64,000 bases of DNA from Calditrichia bacterium (GCA_963796965.1 CAWCNS010000005.1:192001-256000); one strand, 5' to 3'; counted from the stretch's first letter, positions 12,525 through 24,423 are shown. The notes: generated by a model from the sequence alone, not told the origin. Numbers and translations are program-made.

Positions 12525-12695
12525 TCAAAATGTTCAAAAATAAATCTTAGTGAACGGGAAGCGCGGTGAAAATCCGCCACTGCCCCGCAACTGTAATGGC
12601 TGACGAAACCTCTATAATGCCACTGCCCTGAAACTGAGGGTTGGGAAGGCGAGGTTAGTAGAATGAAGCCTAAGTCAGGAGACCGGCTGAGATTG
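12525..12695 (+). ncRNA. Cobalamin riboswitch
   Basis: GGGAAgcgcGGTGAAAATCCgccACTGCCCCGCAACTGTAA, GCCACTG...GGGAAGG and B12-box AGTCAGGAGACCGGC, upstream of a TonB-dependent receptor; ends approximate. Confidence 0.93.
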
Positions 12696-12751
12696 ATGTT
12701 CCTTACAATACCTTCGCGGGAAGGTTGGAATATGATACGTCCGCCCATCAT

Positions 12752-12786
12752 CCCAATTTTCCCTGAACTGAAAATTGGGTTTTTTT
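12752..12786 (+). terminator. Intrinsic terminator, likely expression platform of the riboswitch
   Basis: CCCAATTTTC-loop-GAAAATTGGG followed by a T-run. Confidence 0.8.
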
Positions 12787-15055
12787 ATGGGGTTTCGCAC
12801 AAATATATTCCCACGCACCTCCCTGGCAAGTGATCTTCCTATTGATCTCTTCTCACTCCGGCATTGTAATAGATATTTGATTATCCTCTTCCTTGTTTTT
12901 TGCGCACAACAGGTGGCATTTGCTACTGCAGATTCTATGGCTACTATTTATGGAGAGGTTAAAAATGCAACCTCTGGTGAACCTGTCCCGGGCGCGGCTA
13001 TCTTTGTCGAACCTGGCAATCTTTTAGTAGAATCAAATAAGGATGGTCAATTTGAAGTAGGGTATCTTCAGGCCGGCCTGTATCATATACTCATTCAGAG
13101 AATTGGTTATTTCCCGGAACGCCGTCAATCGATTAAGTTAATTCCTGGTGATAAGAAAAGAGTCGATGTAACATTAAAAGAAAAAATAATCGAAGGGTCA
13201 GATCCGATTGTTGTTACCGCGCGTCGCAATCCATTAACCACTATGGACATTCCCTATAGTAAAGATGTTGTCTCAACTGAACAATTAGATCTGCAAAATC
13301 CCCTAAACCTCTCGGAGGCCTTGAAGAATATTCAGGGTACGTTTATAAAAGATTATGGCGGCCTTGGTGATCTCAAAACCATCTCTTTGCGTGGATCAGG
13401 CGCAGAACAGGTGTTGGTTATGCTGGACGGCCAACGCTTGAATAATCCGCAAACGGGTCAGGTGGATCTTAGCGCTTTAAGATTGGACGGCATTGAAAAA
13501 ATTGAAATACTTCGTGGTGGAAGTTCGGCTATGTATGGTTCCGACGCCATTGGAGGTGTTATAAATATTCTTACTAAAAAGGAAGTAGAAGCCGAGGGAA
13601 TAAATGCAGAATTAGAAGTACTTGGGGGATCCTTCAATACACAATCGATTGATACAAAATTAGGCTTTCATTCTGATTGGGTAGCTGCTTCATTGGGTTA
13701 TCGTAATTTAAAGAGCGATGCTAATTTTAGTTATCGGGATGTCCATGGAAATGAGACAAAAAGAGAAAACAATGATGTTATCTCAGAAAACCTATTTGCT
13801 GATCTTAACTTTAAATTGAAAAGAAAACCGACGGCTTTAGATCTAAATATTTCTTACAAATATTATAATTCTGAGCATGGCAGTCCGGGCACAAGTGAAA
13901 TACCCTCAATGACGTCGCGACAATGGGATACCAATCACCAGATGCAGGGACAAATCAGCGGAGATATCTTTAACCCATTGCACGATTTTCGCTTACAGGT
14001 TTATATGCATCAAAATAAAACTGCTTATAAGAATGATGATGGACTTGTACCGGTTGATTCCGAATTTAAAAGTGGAACCAATGGTATTGAGTATAATATG
14101 GAGTCCATACTTTCTTCCCAAAACGCATTAGTTTATGGGTTGGGTTTAAGACAGGATCAGATGGAGAATCTTCAAATCGATATCAATCATAAACGAAATT
14201 CAGTATTTGGTTATATTCAGGACGAAGCGACAATTATACCAGAAAAAGCAAATTCTCCGATTTCATTAATTCTCATCCCAGCCCTCCGATTTGATAATTT
14301 TTCTGATTTCGGTGCACATTGGACCCCCAAATTTGGTGGAATTCTCAACTATGGCCATCATTGGCAGACAATGATCAAATTTAATATGGGAATGAGTTTT
14401 AGATCTCCAACTTTTAATGAACTTTATTGGCCTGCGGACCTTTGGTCGAGGGGGAATCCTGATTTAAAACCTGAAAAGGGAATTGATTGGGATGTGGGAT
14501 TTAATCTGAGATATCCTGTTTTGGAAGGCCTGGCTTTTGATATTGTTTATTTTGATATGCGAATGCAAGATCTGATCATTTGGCAACCGGTTAATCAGAT
14601 TTGGAAACCAGAAAATATTGCCCGCACTTAGAAATAGAGGGATTGAGATCAGTTCTTCATTACGATTACTATCAAAGAGTCTTAAACTGAGTGGAAATTA
14701 TACCTGGCTTGATGCCACCAACCAGTCCGATATCCCTGCCCTGAAGAATAAATTTTTGGTCTACAGACCAAAACATACCTTTAATATTTCTATTTATTAT
14801 ACATGGAATTCTCTTGATTTTGGTATGGATTACCGATATGTGGGGAAGAGGTATACAAATCCTGCAAATACTATCTACCTGGAGTCATATCAGGTATCTG
14901 ATTTAACGTTACGATGGCAGAAAAAGTATGCAGACTGGCAGCCAGGGATTCAATTTCAGATTAAAAATATCCTGAATAGTGAATATGAAGTCATTCGGTA
15001 TCAGCCCATGCCAGGGAGGGAAATACGAATCGGCTTGACGATCAGATATAATTAG
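12787..15055 (+). CDS. btuB: TonB-dependent cobalamin receptor (BtuB-like) with N-terminal carboxypeptidase-regulatory-like domain; frameshift near 14625; start uncertain
   Basis: Plug motifs ISLRGSGAEQVLVMLDG and IEILRGGSSAMYGSDAIGGVINI, GNPDLKPE, C-terminal PMPGREIRIGLTIRYN; downstream of the riboswitch. Confidence 0.88.
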
Positions 15056-15103
15056 CCTGATCTATGCATACCGCAGCAATGCTGTAATCAAATATTTAAA
15101 AAT

Positions 15104-15246
15104 ATCTCTCGCAGCGGCGCAGCGACGCAGAGAAAAATTATTTTAAAATTTTAAAAAAAGAGACTTTATCTTAAGTCAAATTACATAATATTTACATAAA
15201 TCATTTTAATAATACACCTTTGCGTCTCTGCGTCTTTGTGAGAGAT
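15104..15246. repeat. Inverted-repeat element with arms built from 8-nt CGCA(A/G)AGA units
   Basis: ATCTCTCGCAGCGGCGCAGCGACGCAGAG ... CTTTGCGTCTCTGCGTCTTTGTGAGAGAT around an AT-rich spacer. Confidence 0.8.
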
Positions 15247-15368
15247 GAAATACCCAGGATAAATAATATATTAAAAATAATCTATGAAAATCAGCGTTAT
15301 CCGCGTCATCAGTGTTCAATAAATATCGCTGGGCGAATTGAATCATCCATAATTGGAAGGAGTTTTTT

Positions 15369-16394
15369 GTGAAACGAAGTATTATTCTTGTCGTTCTAAT
15401 TTATTCTACTGCATTATTTCTATCAGCCTGCAAAGATTCACAATCTACGCAACCAATTGCTCCACAAACATCAAAAGCCGTTTATGTCTGTAATGCAGGA
15501 GCCTCGAGTATTTCGGTCATTGATCTGATCACGGGTTCAGTAACAAACGATGTTGTAACGGTTGGCACCTGGCCCAACCAACTTGTCTATCAAGATAAAT
15601 TTTTATATTGTGTAAATTCAGGCTCAAATAATATCATGATTTATAATACAGAAAATTGGGAAGCAGCTAACACGATAGAATTAGGTGCCGGGAATAATCC
15701 AATGAATATGGTAATATATAACGACCAGTTGCTATATGTAGCCTGTCTGATTACAAACAAAGTCCTCCAGGTTAACCGGATAGCAGGGTCTGTGAATAAA
15801 AGTATTACTGCCGGTGTGGGCACGACCGGGATAACTTCAGCAGAGGGAAAGATTTTTGCCACAAATACAAATGCTGTTTTTGATGGGGTGGGAGTCGCCT
15901 ATGGAACGGGAACCGTAACTGTCATTGATGGTGATACGGGAGATTCGCTAAATACCATTGCTGTTGGAGTTAATCCCCAATCAATCAGTAAATCACCAGA
16001 CGGAACACTACATGTATTATGCACGGGCAATTATTTCGATTCTTTTGGCAAAGTGATCGTAATTGATCCGACTAATGATCAGATTATTGATTCAGTCTCT
16101 ATTGGTGGATCACCCGGAAGCATTGACGCTACATCAACGGAAGGTATCGGATATTTGTCCAGTTGGGGATTCGGATTGCTATCCTATAATACAGAGAATT
16201 ATTCCATTATCAATGGTACAGATGACTATTTGTTGGGGAAGGGTGGATCAGGAATGGTAAGTGATGGGGCTGGTCATGTATTTGTTTCTGTATGGGAAGA
16301 TAATCAGGTGATTAAAATAGATAAAACGGGTAATACCCTGTCTACCTTTGATGTTGGGTTAAGTCCTCAGGCATTAGCTATCAGGATTGAGTAA
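15369..16394 (+). CDS. YncE/YVTN beta-propeller lipoprotein (BtuG-like cobalamin-binding candidate)
   Basis: Lipobox LSAC; repeated blades (ISVID, VGTWP, VGVNP, VIVID); directly after btuB. Confidence 0.75.
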   Translation: MKRSIILVVLIYSTALFLSACKDSQSTQPIAPQTSKAVYVCNAGASSISVIDLITGSVTNDVVTVGTWPNQLVYQDKFLYCVNSGSNNIMIYNTENWEAANTIELGAGNNPMNMVIYNDQLLYVACLITNKVLQVNRIAGSVNKSITAGVGTTGITSAEGKIFATNTNAVFDGVGVAYGTGTVTVIDGDTGDSLNTIAVGVNPQSISKSPDGTLHVLCTGNYFDSFGKVIVIDPTNDQIIDSVSIGGSPGSIDATSTEGIGYLSSWGFGLLSYNTENYSIINGTDDYLLGKGGSGMVSDGAGHVFVSVWEDNQVIKIDKTGNTLSTFDVGLSPQALAIRIE

Positions 16395-16496
16395 GAAACA
16401 GTCTAAAATTAATATTTCGGCTTTATTATCTCTGTTTCAATCATTTAAATTATAGTTCTTTATACTTGCTGATAACTAATTGATAGGAGATTTAAA

Positions 16497-16994
16497 ATGC
16501 ATGAGAAAAGTGTCAAATTACTCAATAAAGCAATAGCCGATGAACTCACGGCTGTGCATCAATATATGTATTTTCATTTTCACTGTGATGATCAGGGGTA
16601 TGACCTGATAGCTGGTCTTTTTAAACGCACTGCCATTGAAGAGATGCTCCATGTGGAAAGGTTAGCTGAACGTATACTGTTTTTGAAAGGTGAAGTTGAA
16701 ATGTTGGTTGCAGAAGAAGTAAAAAAAATCCATGATGTGAAGAAAATGCTTCAGCTGGCAACAAAAATGGAAGAGAGTAGTGCAAGAGACTATAATCTCT
16801 GGGCAAATGAATGCTCTCAAAATGCTGATTCGGTTTCAAAAAAATTATTTGAAGATTTGGTGATGGATGAAGAAAGTCATTTTGACCAATATGATACGGA
16901 GAAGGATAATCTGGAGAAATTTGGAGAGAAATACCTGGTCTTGCAGTCGATTGAGAGGAGTAAAAATCTGTCGATGGGTAGTGGAGGGGAGTAA
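16497..16994 (+). CDS. bfr: Bacterioferritin
   Basis: ADELTAVHQY, IEEMLH (ferroxidase residues and heme Met), ERILFL, DEESH. Confidence 0.9.
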   Translation: MHEKSVKLLNKAIADELTAVHQYMYFHFHCDDQGYDLIAGLFKRTAIEEMLHVERLAERILFLKGEVEMLVAEEVKKIHDVKKMLQLATKMEESSARDYNLWANECSQNADSVSKKLFEDLVMDEESHFDQYDTEKDNLEKFGEKYLVLQSIERSKNLSMGSGGE

Positions 16995-17140
16995 AGTTAA
17001 AAGGAAAAAGCAAAAGGGTAAAAGGTTTAATGAAATTAGTTTCCTTTTAGCCTTATTATTTAAAAAAATCTCTAGATATTCTGCATTGAATAATTCGATT
17101 AAATTGACATGATGGTATTTTTAAGATTAAGGAATGTCTA

Positions 17141-18026
17141 TATGTATATAAAATTAATTTCGATTACGGTATTAACATTAATTTTTACCTGCGGTTTATT
17201 TGCACAGGATACTGCGCAGGATAAAAAAAGATCAGATGATGAAGGAAAAGTTGAGGAGGTAATTGACTGGGCCTGGCCTGGTAAATTTTATCCCTTTATA
17301 GAAGTAAGCGCAGGCTTGTCAACAATTAAGCCAGGAAGAATTTCAAGGACAGTTACCTGAAGAACACTCATTGAACTTAAAATTGGGATATAGTCAACTT
17401 AAAGAATATGAGAAAACTATTTGGGAACTGGATGAACGATTTGTATATGGCTCCTATATGGCGGATAACGTCATCTCTGCAATGAATCCGGAAAGCGGGG
17501 ATTTCATGGCAAAACTTACCCGTTTTGGATTTGGTAATCGCCTTGGTTATGGTTACCAAATGAAACTGTTGTTTTGATTCTTTACAATCAGAATGGCCTC
17601 AACTGGACAAAGATTGAAACAAGCGACTATAATTCCTTATCTGAGGAAGATATGTCAATTATAGAACGTTATGAAGGTACTTATCGATTTGGAATGAATA
17701 CGGAAGGGGGCATTCGACTGGAATTTGTCAAATCTCTTTCACTCACCGGCTCATATGATATCTCGGTGATATATCCCAGACATGTTTTTTGGCCATGGTT
17801 GGGTAGTTATGCAATCTTAAATATTGCCATGGGCATGGTTTCCAGCTTTACTGATGATATCATTCGCTCTTCCCCTGCTGCGGGTCCCATCTTTTATTTT
17901 TTATTGAAAAATGGAATAGCTTTTGCTTATTATCAGGGTGTGAAAGATAAAATGAACTGGCCCTTTAACTCTGAAACACCAATGATGACTGAAACATTTA
18001 AAATTGGGTTATCGTATACATTTTAA
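17141..18026 (+). CDS. Hypothetical exported/outer-membrane protein, split into three ORFs by frameshifts
   Basis: Signal peptide (GLFAQD), contiguous fragments 17109-17360, 17371-17577 and 17574-18026, beta-barrel-type C-terminus IGLSYTF. Confidence 0.6.
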
Positions 18027-18335
18027 TAACTCAAATATGTACAAGTTCCGTTCAACATCATTAAACTTATCATGTCACAATTTTACATTTCTTGTTTATC
18101 CGAATTCATCATTTAATTGTTAAAGATCATACTAAGATAATTCTGTCACAATTACCATTATTCAGAAAAATTTGTATTAAGGACAATATTCCTTTAATGG
18201 AAAAAATGCAGAAAACTGGGAATATGAACTAACTTTATATAGTTAATCATCACAGAATTTATTAAATTCAAGTCTTATACAATTCTTTAAACTATAAAAA
18301 AAATAAAAAATTTCGCAAGTTGAAAGGAGAACAGA

Positions 18336-18994
18336 ATGCATAGGAAATTTTACTATTTAATTTTACTATCGTTATTTTAACAGTTGTCATGCAGCCTACG
18401 ATGTCACAAGCCCAGGTAAGATTTGAGATAACACCTTATTATGGCTATCTCTTGAGTACCAATGTCAGAGCTGTTCAGGGGGATTTTATTGTAAAAGATT
18501 CGCCAGATTATGGAATTAGTCTCAATATTGGTCACGAAAAACTTCCTGGTGGAATGATGATTCAACTTCTCTATAACCGCCAAGATACAGATGCCCAGTT
18601 AAAAGAATATCCTTCGGGAACCAGAAGGGATTTATGGCCTTTGACGATAGAATACTTCCAAATTGGTATTGTCCGACCTGTAAAAATGGGAAAGGTACGA
18701 CCCTATGGGGTTGTCGGAATTGGTGCTTCGAACTGGACCCCGGGTGGTGATTCAGAATGGGGAAATGAATGGTTTTTTGCTGCGAATTTTGGAGGTGGTG
18801 CAACCATATTCTTTTCCGAAACAGTCGGACTGCAACTTCAGGCGAGGGCGATATTCCCCATGAGTTTTAGTGGTGGCGGTTTCTGGTGCGGTACGGGGGG
18901 ATGTAGTGTTGGTATCGGCAGTTATGGATTTATAGCCCATTTTGATTTTACGGCTGGTATTACCATCGCCTTAGGTGGTAAGAAGAAGAGATAG
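18336..18994 (+). CDS. Outer-membrane beta-barrel protein (signal peptide probably frameshifted)
   Basis: AAAGGAG SD before ATG 18336; FEITPYYGY, VRPYGVVGIG and other amphipathic strands; CGTGGC loop. Confidence 0.7.
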
Positions 18995-19040
18995 TAAATA
19001 TTTTTATATATAATATATTGAAAAATAAGGAGATAGAAGC

Positions 19041-19697
19041 ATGAAAATCTTTAATTGGTCAGGCTCATGGTATAAATTAGCATTGGTAGTAATGAGCCTA
19101 TCACTCGTACTATTCCTTTGGTCCTGTTATCCAGATGGTGGCTTTCAAAGTATTGGTGACTATGATTTAATCGTCACACAGTATGATCCAGAGGTAGATT
19201 TTAACACATTTAGTACTTATGTCATCCCAGATTCAATAATTCATATCGTACCTGAAGATAAAGAGGATGATATTACCCATGAATATGATGCTCGGATTCT
19301 TGCTGAAGTGATTGACAATATGAATAATCTTGGCTATTCCAAAGTTGATACCTCTCAAAATCCAACTCTTACAGTGCTGGTTTATGCAACTTCAACCACC
19401 TGGAGAGGTTATACCTATTATCCCGGAGGGGGATATTGGGGATGGTGGGGTTATTATCCACCCTACTGGGGACCTGGTTATGGCGGCTGGGCAGTGCCAT
19501 ATGAATATACCACAGGAACATTGGCTATCGAAATGATCGATAATTCAACCTTTAATCCAGTTGATTCAACTTACCAGGCTAATTGGGGAGCAGGCATTCT
19601 TGGTTTGCTGGATGATACGAAATCTAATATTGAATACCGCCTGACAAGAGATATTGACCAGGCATTTAAGCAATCGCCTTATCTTGGTACGAACTAA
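19041..19697 (+). CDS. DUF4136-like lipoprotein
   Basis: Lipobox LWSC, DFNTFSTY, G/W/Y-rich loop, YEYTTGTLAIEMID, AFKQSPY. Confidence 0.75.
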   Translation: MKIFNWSGSWYKLALVVMSLSLVLFLWSCYPDGGFQSIGDYDLIVTQYDPEVDFNTFSTYVIPDSIIHIVPEDKEDDITHEYDARILAEVIDNMNNLGYSKVDTSQNPTLTVLVYATSTTWRGYTYYPGGGYWGWWGYYPPYWGPGYGGWAVPYEYTTGTLAIEMIDNSTFNPVDSTYQANWGAGILGLLDDTKSNIEYRLTRDIDQAFKQSPYLGTN

Positions 19698-19748
19698 TAT
19701 TTCCCAAAGAACAAATTAAAAATTGATATAAATAATAAGAGGTAAAAA

Positions 19749-20336
19749 ATGAAATATATATCGGTAATTCTATTAGTTGTCATGATGAGTGTTGCCGCCA
19801 ATGCCCAGTCGAGTCTATTTGGAATGACCTATGACGTTTCCATACCATTAGGTGATACAGAGGAGGCCTTTAGTGGTGCACAATGGCGTGGTTTCGGTCT
19901 TGAAGGCCGATGGTATTCAAATAAAAACTTATCCTTTGGTTTTTCCTGGGATTGGAATGTTTTCCATGATGTGGTCCTGGAAACTGTGCAGCTCGAAAGA
20001 GGTGCCGTAACGGGATATCAGAATCGCACGCTTAATGCTTTTCCATTTCTCGCTACAGGCCAGTATTACTTCGGAGGCAAAAGTGTTCAGCCTTATCTTG
20101 GCCTGGGAGTCGGCGCCTACTATATCAAGAGGAAATTTGATATCGGAATTTTATCAACAAATACAAATACATGGCAATTTGGCTTGGCACCAGAAATTGG
20201 TTTTCTTTTTCCTATGGATATGGGCTTTAACATCCTGTTAAAACTAAGATATAATTACGCTATGGAAGCTGGGGATTCCAAAGCGGTTTCTTATTTTGGT
20301 ATTAATGTAGGATTTGCTTCTGTCTCTCTATGGTAA
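19749..20336 (+). CDS. Outer-membrane beta-barrel protein (OmpW/OmpA-TM-like)
   Basis: Signal peptide, QPYLGLGVG, FGLAPEIG, amphipathic strands. Confidence 0.75.
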   Translation: MKYISVILLVVMMSVAANAQSSLFGMTYDVSIPLGDTEEAFSGAQWRGFGLEGRWYSNKNLSFGFSWDWNVFHDVVLETVQLERGAVTGYQNRTLNAFPFLATGQYYFGGKSVQPYLGLGVGAYYIKRKFDIGILSTNTNTWQFGLAPEIGFLFPMDMGFNILLKLRYNYAMEAGDSKAVSYFGINVGFASVSLW

Positions 20337-20380
20337 TAATATTCTAAATAAATATATCTTGTAATTTCTAATTGGACCTA

Positions 20381-20434
20381 GTTGCTTCCTTGCCTTAACC
20401 GCTAATTGTAAACAGTAATTGGCAGGGAAGCAAC
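20381..20434. terminator. Intergenic hairpin (possible terminator or mRNA-stability element)
   Basis: GTTGCTTCCTTGCC / GGCAGGGAAGCAAC, 14-bp stem with one G-U pair. Confidence 0.5.
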
Positions 20435-20514
20435 AAGTCTGAAAAAGAGTATATCTCATACAACTTATCTATACAATTCTAAATAAAAATAATATTTAAA
20501 GGAGGATTATCATA

Positions 20515-20967
20515 ATGGTAAAGACAACATTATTATTCGTTTTTCTGTTTGGAACACTCGCTTATTCACAAACAACTTCATATCTTGAAGTCTTAAAATC
20601 AGATGTACGAACCCAGCGACGCGCTTTGATAACGGGTGCCATGTCATTAACTGAGGAGCAAGCGCAAAAATTCTGGCCAATTTATAAAGAATATGAAGCT
20701 GAGACCGATAAACTTGTCGATCGTGAGCTTGAGTTGATAAAAAAATATGCAGACATGTACAAAGGTATGACCGATGAGGTAGCAGATGCCTTGCTAAATG
20801 ATGCGATGGATATCGATCAGAAGCAATTGGATTTAAATAAAAAATATTATAAGAAGATGAAAAAAGAACTGGGTGGGAAAGTATCGGCCAAATTTAGAAT
20901 GGTTGATAATCGCATAAACCTGATGATTAATCTTCAGATTGCGGCTTCAGTTCCAGTCATTGAATAG
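20515..20967 (+). CDS. Exported helical protein (Spy/CpxP-like)
   Basis: Signal peptide and LTEEQAQKFWPIYKEY motif. Confidence 0.65.
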   Translation: MVKTTLLFVFLFGTLAYSQTTSYLEVLKSDVRTQRRALITGAMSLTEEQAQKFWPIYKEYEAETDKLVDRELELIKKYADMYKGMTDEVADALLNDAMDIDQKQLDLNKKYYKKMKKELGGKVSAKFRMVDNRINLMINLQIAASVPVIE

Positions 20968-20982
20968 CATTTAATCTTCATT

Positions 20983-21006
20983 GGGGAGAATTTTTTTCTC
21001 CCCTTT
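20983..21006 (+). terminator. Intrinsic terminator
   Basis: GGGGAGAA-loop-TTCTCCCC then TTT, just after the stop at 20967. Confidence 0.6.
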
Positions 21007-21260
21007 CTTATATCCCCTCATGAGACTAAATAGTATAAACTCAGCCAGACTTCACTCTAAATTATCTGAGAAATAGGTCAAAATGTACCCCCCATATCAA
21101 TTTAAAAATGATTGTACGCATTTAATTGTTGTGGATGATGGATAATAGTCAAGGTCTTTTCAGAGTTTTGCAATTTGTCTTTCTTTAAAATAGTTTATAT
21201 TTTTACTCTGCCTTTTATAAAACACATTTTAATTAAAATTCAATTTATTGGGAGAATATC

Positions 21261-22127
21261 ATGTTTAAGAGATTTACAGTTGTAATCATTGTTTTTTGTT
21301 TTCTTATATCCTCAGTTTTTTCACAGGATGCGGAGAAAGAAAAAAAAGAAGAGCCTACCTATGGATGGGAAAATAAATTTATCGGAACCATAAATCTTAC
21401 CCAAACATCTCTTAGTAACTGGACACAAGGGGGCGATAACGCCTGGAGCTGGCAGGCAAATATCAATGGTGTTTTCGAGCAGAAAGAAGAGGGATTTAAC
21501 TGGAAAAATACCGTCCAGCTACTTTATGGTAAATCAAAAATAGGCTCTGATGATCCCAAGAAAACGGACGATCAGATATTTCTTGAAACGGTTTATACCT
21601 ATAAGATGGGGAATATACTTAATCCATATATTGGTGGATCAGCGCTTACACAGTTCACAACCGGGTATAGTTATGATACGAAGCCTCCGATTAAAGTGTC
21701 AGGATTCCTTGATCCGGGCTATTTTCGAGAAGGAATTGGTGTTGAATACAAACCGTCAGAAAATTTTGACACCCGCCTTGGTTTTGCTATGCGCCAAACA
21801 ATTGCTGATGTATATGCGGCAACGTATAGTGATGATCCGGAAACTGAAAGTATTGAAAAGTTTTCTAATCAGATAGGTGCTGAATCTGTTACGAACTTTT
21901 CTACTAATTTGAGTAAACTGATCGTATATGTTACCAAGCTGGAACTCTTTTCTGAATTAAAAGCAATTAATCAGACGGTTGTTAGGTGGGACAATTTGAT
22001 CTCTTCTCAGGTAGCAGATTACATTTCTGTCAGTTTTAGCTTTAAACTATACTATGAACCGCGGGTCTCAATCCAACGTCAATTAAACCAAACGCTGGCG
22101 GTAGGTTTAACATATTCATTTTTATAA
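21261..22127 (+). CDS. DUF3078-family outer-membrane protein
   Basis: NLTQTSLSNWTQGG, KKTDD, TQFTTGY, FLDPGY, C-terminal GLTYSF. Confidence 0.8.
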   Translation: MFKRFTVVIIVFCFLISSVFSQDAEKEKKEEPTYGWENKFIGTINLTQTSLSNWTQGGDNAWSWQANINGVFEQKEEGFNWKNTVQLLYGKSKIGSDDPKKTDDQIFLETVYTYKMGNILNPYIGGSALTQFTTGYSYDTKPPIKVSGFLDPGYFREGIGVEYKPSENFDTRLGFAMRQTIADVYAATYSDDPETESIEKFSNQIGAESVTNFSTNLSKLIVYVTKLELFSELKAINQTVVRWDNLISSQVADYISVSFSFKLYYEPRVSIQRQLNQTLAVGLTYSFL

Positions 22128-22251
22128 AAAAATAAACTTAAAAGGGTTGGGTAAATAAGATAAAATTATCCTACCGGGATGCACAATACATCACACGTGT
22201 TTATCAAATTATATATTTGAATAGGAATAACTCCCTTCACCAAGGTAAAAG

Positions 22252-24112
22252 ATGGGTATGAAAATATTCAAAAATAAAATTGTTCTCTTGGCCATCATTG
22301 TTATTGTTACTTTTACGATGATGGGATTCTTTTCCTATTCTTATCTCACGTCTGTTGAGGAAAAGGTGGAAGAGCAAACTATATCACCACTAGTAAAGTC
22401 CATTGAATATAATCTGCGTCAATTGGAATCAAAAGGATATTCAATTAGGTCAAAAAAAGGGCGAGCAGAAATAAATAAACTATTCACCTCCCTTATTGAT
22501 TCGAGCAGCAATCTTTCCGGTATTCGTATTATTGATCAATCACAAATTGTACGTGTTAGCAATAACTTGAAGGAAGAGGGAACTAATTTTAATGAAGAAG
22601 ATCTGGACATTCCTAATTCAAGTGAAGATTTTAAACGTTTTGTTTTTGTGAATAAAACCGGTGAAAAAAAAGTAGGAATATTAATTCCCTTAAAAAATAA
22701 AAAAGGGAATGTTACTTTACATCTCAACCTAATCTACAATGAAGATATCTTCGGAGGATATTTAGGACCTATTCAATATATATTTCCCACACTTTTGGTA
22801 TTATTCGTCCTGGTATTATTTTATACCATTACTATGCAAAAAAAAATTTACAGAAATCCACTCGAACATTTGGATAATGCTATATCAAAAATGGATGAAG
22901 AAGATTACTCCTACCGGGTAAAGTACCAAAATAAAGATGAATTTACCGATACTTTTATGAAATTAAACCGGACGATTGAAAAGGTTGAATATCTTAAAGA
23001 AGACTATAAAAATGCTGAAAAAAGGATCGTTTCTTTGTTAAAGGCGGTAAATGAAGGGATCTGGTGGTAGATACAAAAAAAAATGTAACTTCATTTAATG
23101 ATGCAACATACCGCTATTTTAAATCCACGAAAGAAGATTTTCCTGAATGGTTTGTGAATATTTTGGCGACAAATCGGGAACTCAACTGATTTGCTCACAT
23201 TGCGTTCTAAAAGATGAATCAAGAGTAAGGGAGAAGGAGTTAACCGTTTTTCTTCCCGACGAATCGGAAATTTTAATAAGACTGAGTATTCAGGCTCTGA
23301 AGGAGGATGAAAAGGTGCAGGGGGCCGTACTCACATTTAAAGATCTCAGATCGATCAATGAATTGGAAAATAATCTTTTAAGGTCAATGAAATTTGGTGT
23401 AATTGCCAATTTGGCCTCCTCAATCAGCCATGAAATTAAGAATCCACTTAAGTGCAATGGCACTTCATGCAGAAATTCTGGAGGGTCGTTTAAAAAAATA
23501 GAATTTGATCAAAAAACACAGGTGTTAAGAATCTCTTGAAACATTGCAGGATGAGTCAAGACGACTTAAACGGATTATTCAGCAATTCTTAACCCTGGCG
23601 CGCCCCTCAAAACTTGAATTAAATTTAATCCATCCCAACAGAGATAATTGAAGAAGTCCTTGAATTGGTCCACCAACAAGCACAGGAGGAGGGACTTTCG
23701 ATTTTTTCAGATCTTGATCCTTCTATTGGTGTAATCTATGGAGACGAAGACCAGTTAAAACAAGTAATTCTTAATATCATTCTTAATGCGTTCTCTGCAT
23801 ACGGATATGGGAGGTCATGTTGATGTGATTAGCAATAAAGGAATGATAGGGTTTTAATTCAAATAAAAGATTCCGGGAAGAGGGATACCTCGCGATATAA
23901 GGGATAAAATTTTTGATCTGTATTTTACAACTAAAAAGGATGGCGGTGGTATTGGACTTTCCGTTTGCCAAAACATTATAAAAGCCCATGATGGTCGAAT
24001 TGAATTTGAGACTGAAGAGGGTAAGGGGACAACTTTTAATATTCATTTTCCGGCCAAAGATCCGACCACTATTCGTAGTACACGCATTAAGCCATTAAAA
24101 AAATCTACCTGA
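22252..24112 (+). CDS. Membrane sensor histidine kinase (HAMP-PAS-HisKA-HATPase), several frameshifts
   Basis: TM-periplasm-TM-HAMP; H-box SISHEIKNPL; downstream frames give DQLKQVILNIILNA, FDLYFTTKKDGGGIGLSVC, GKGTTF; stop at 24110-24112. Confidence 0.85.
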
Positions 24113-24423
24113 ATACAATTATTCCCATTTCATATTTCTTATAAAGATAATTCCATTTATATGTTATTAACTTACATTGTAGAGATACAACATACCATGT
24201 TTCCAGGCATATGGCCGGTCCTTAATTTTATACCGCAATCAATTTTAATCACCAAATTCGGGGTCTGTTCACATTTGAATTTTCCATAAGTTCAACCATT
24301 TATATCTTTGATATTTAATACCATAATAGCGGTTTTATTAACATTAAAAAAAATAGACAAAATTGGAACCTTTCTTTAGTCCGACAGTTATAACAATCAA
24401 TAGTTGCCTCCAAACAACCTGAC

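Noticed and set aside
12512..12751. 79-aa minus-strand ORF
   Set aside because: It is antisense to the cobalamin riboswitch and terminator, so it is a shadow ORF.
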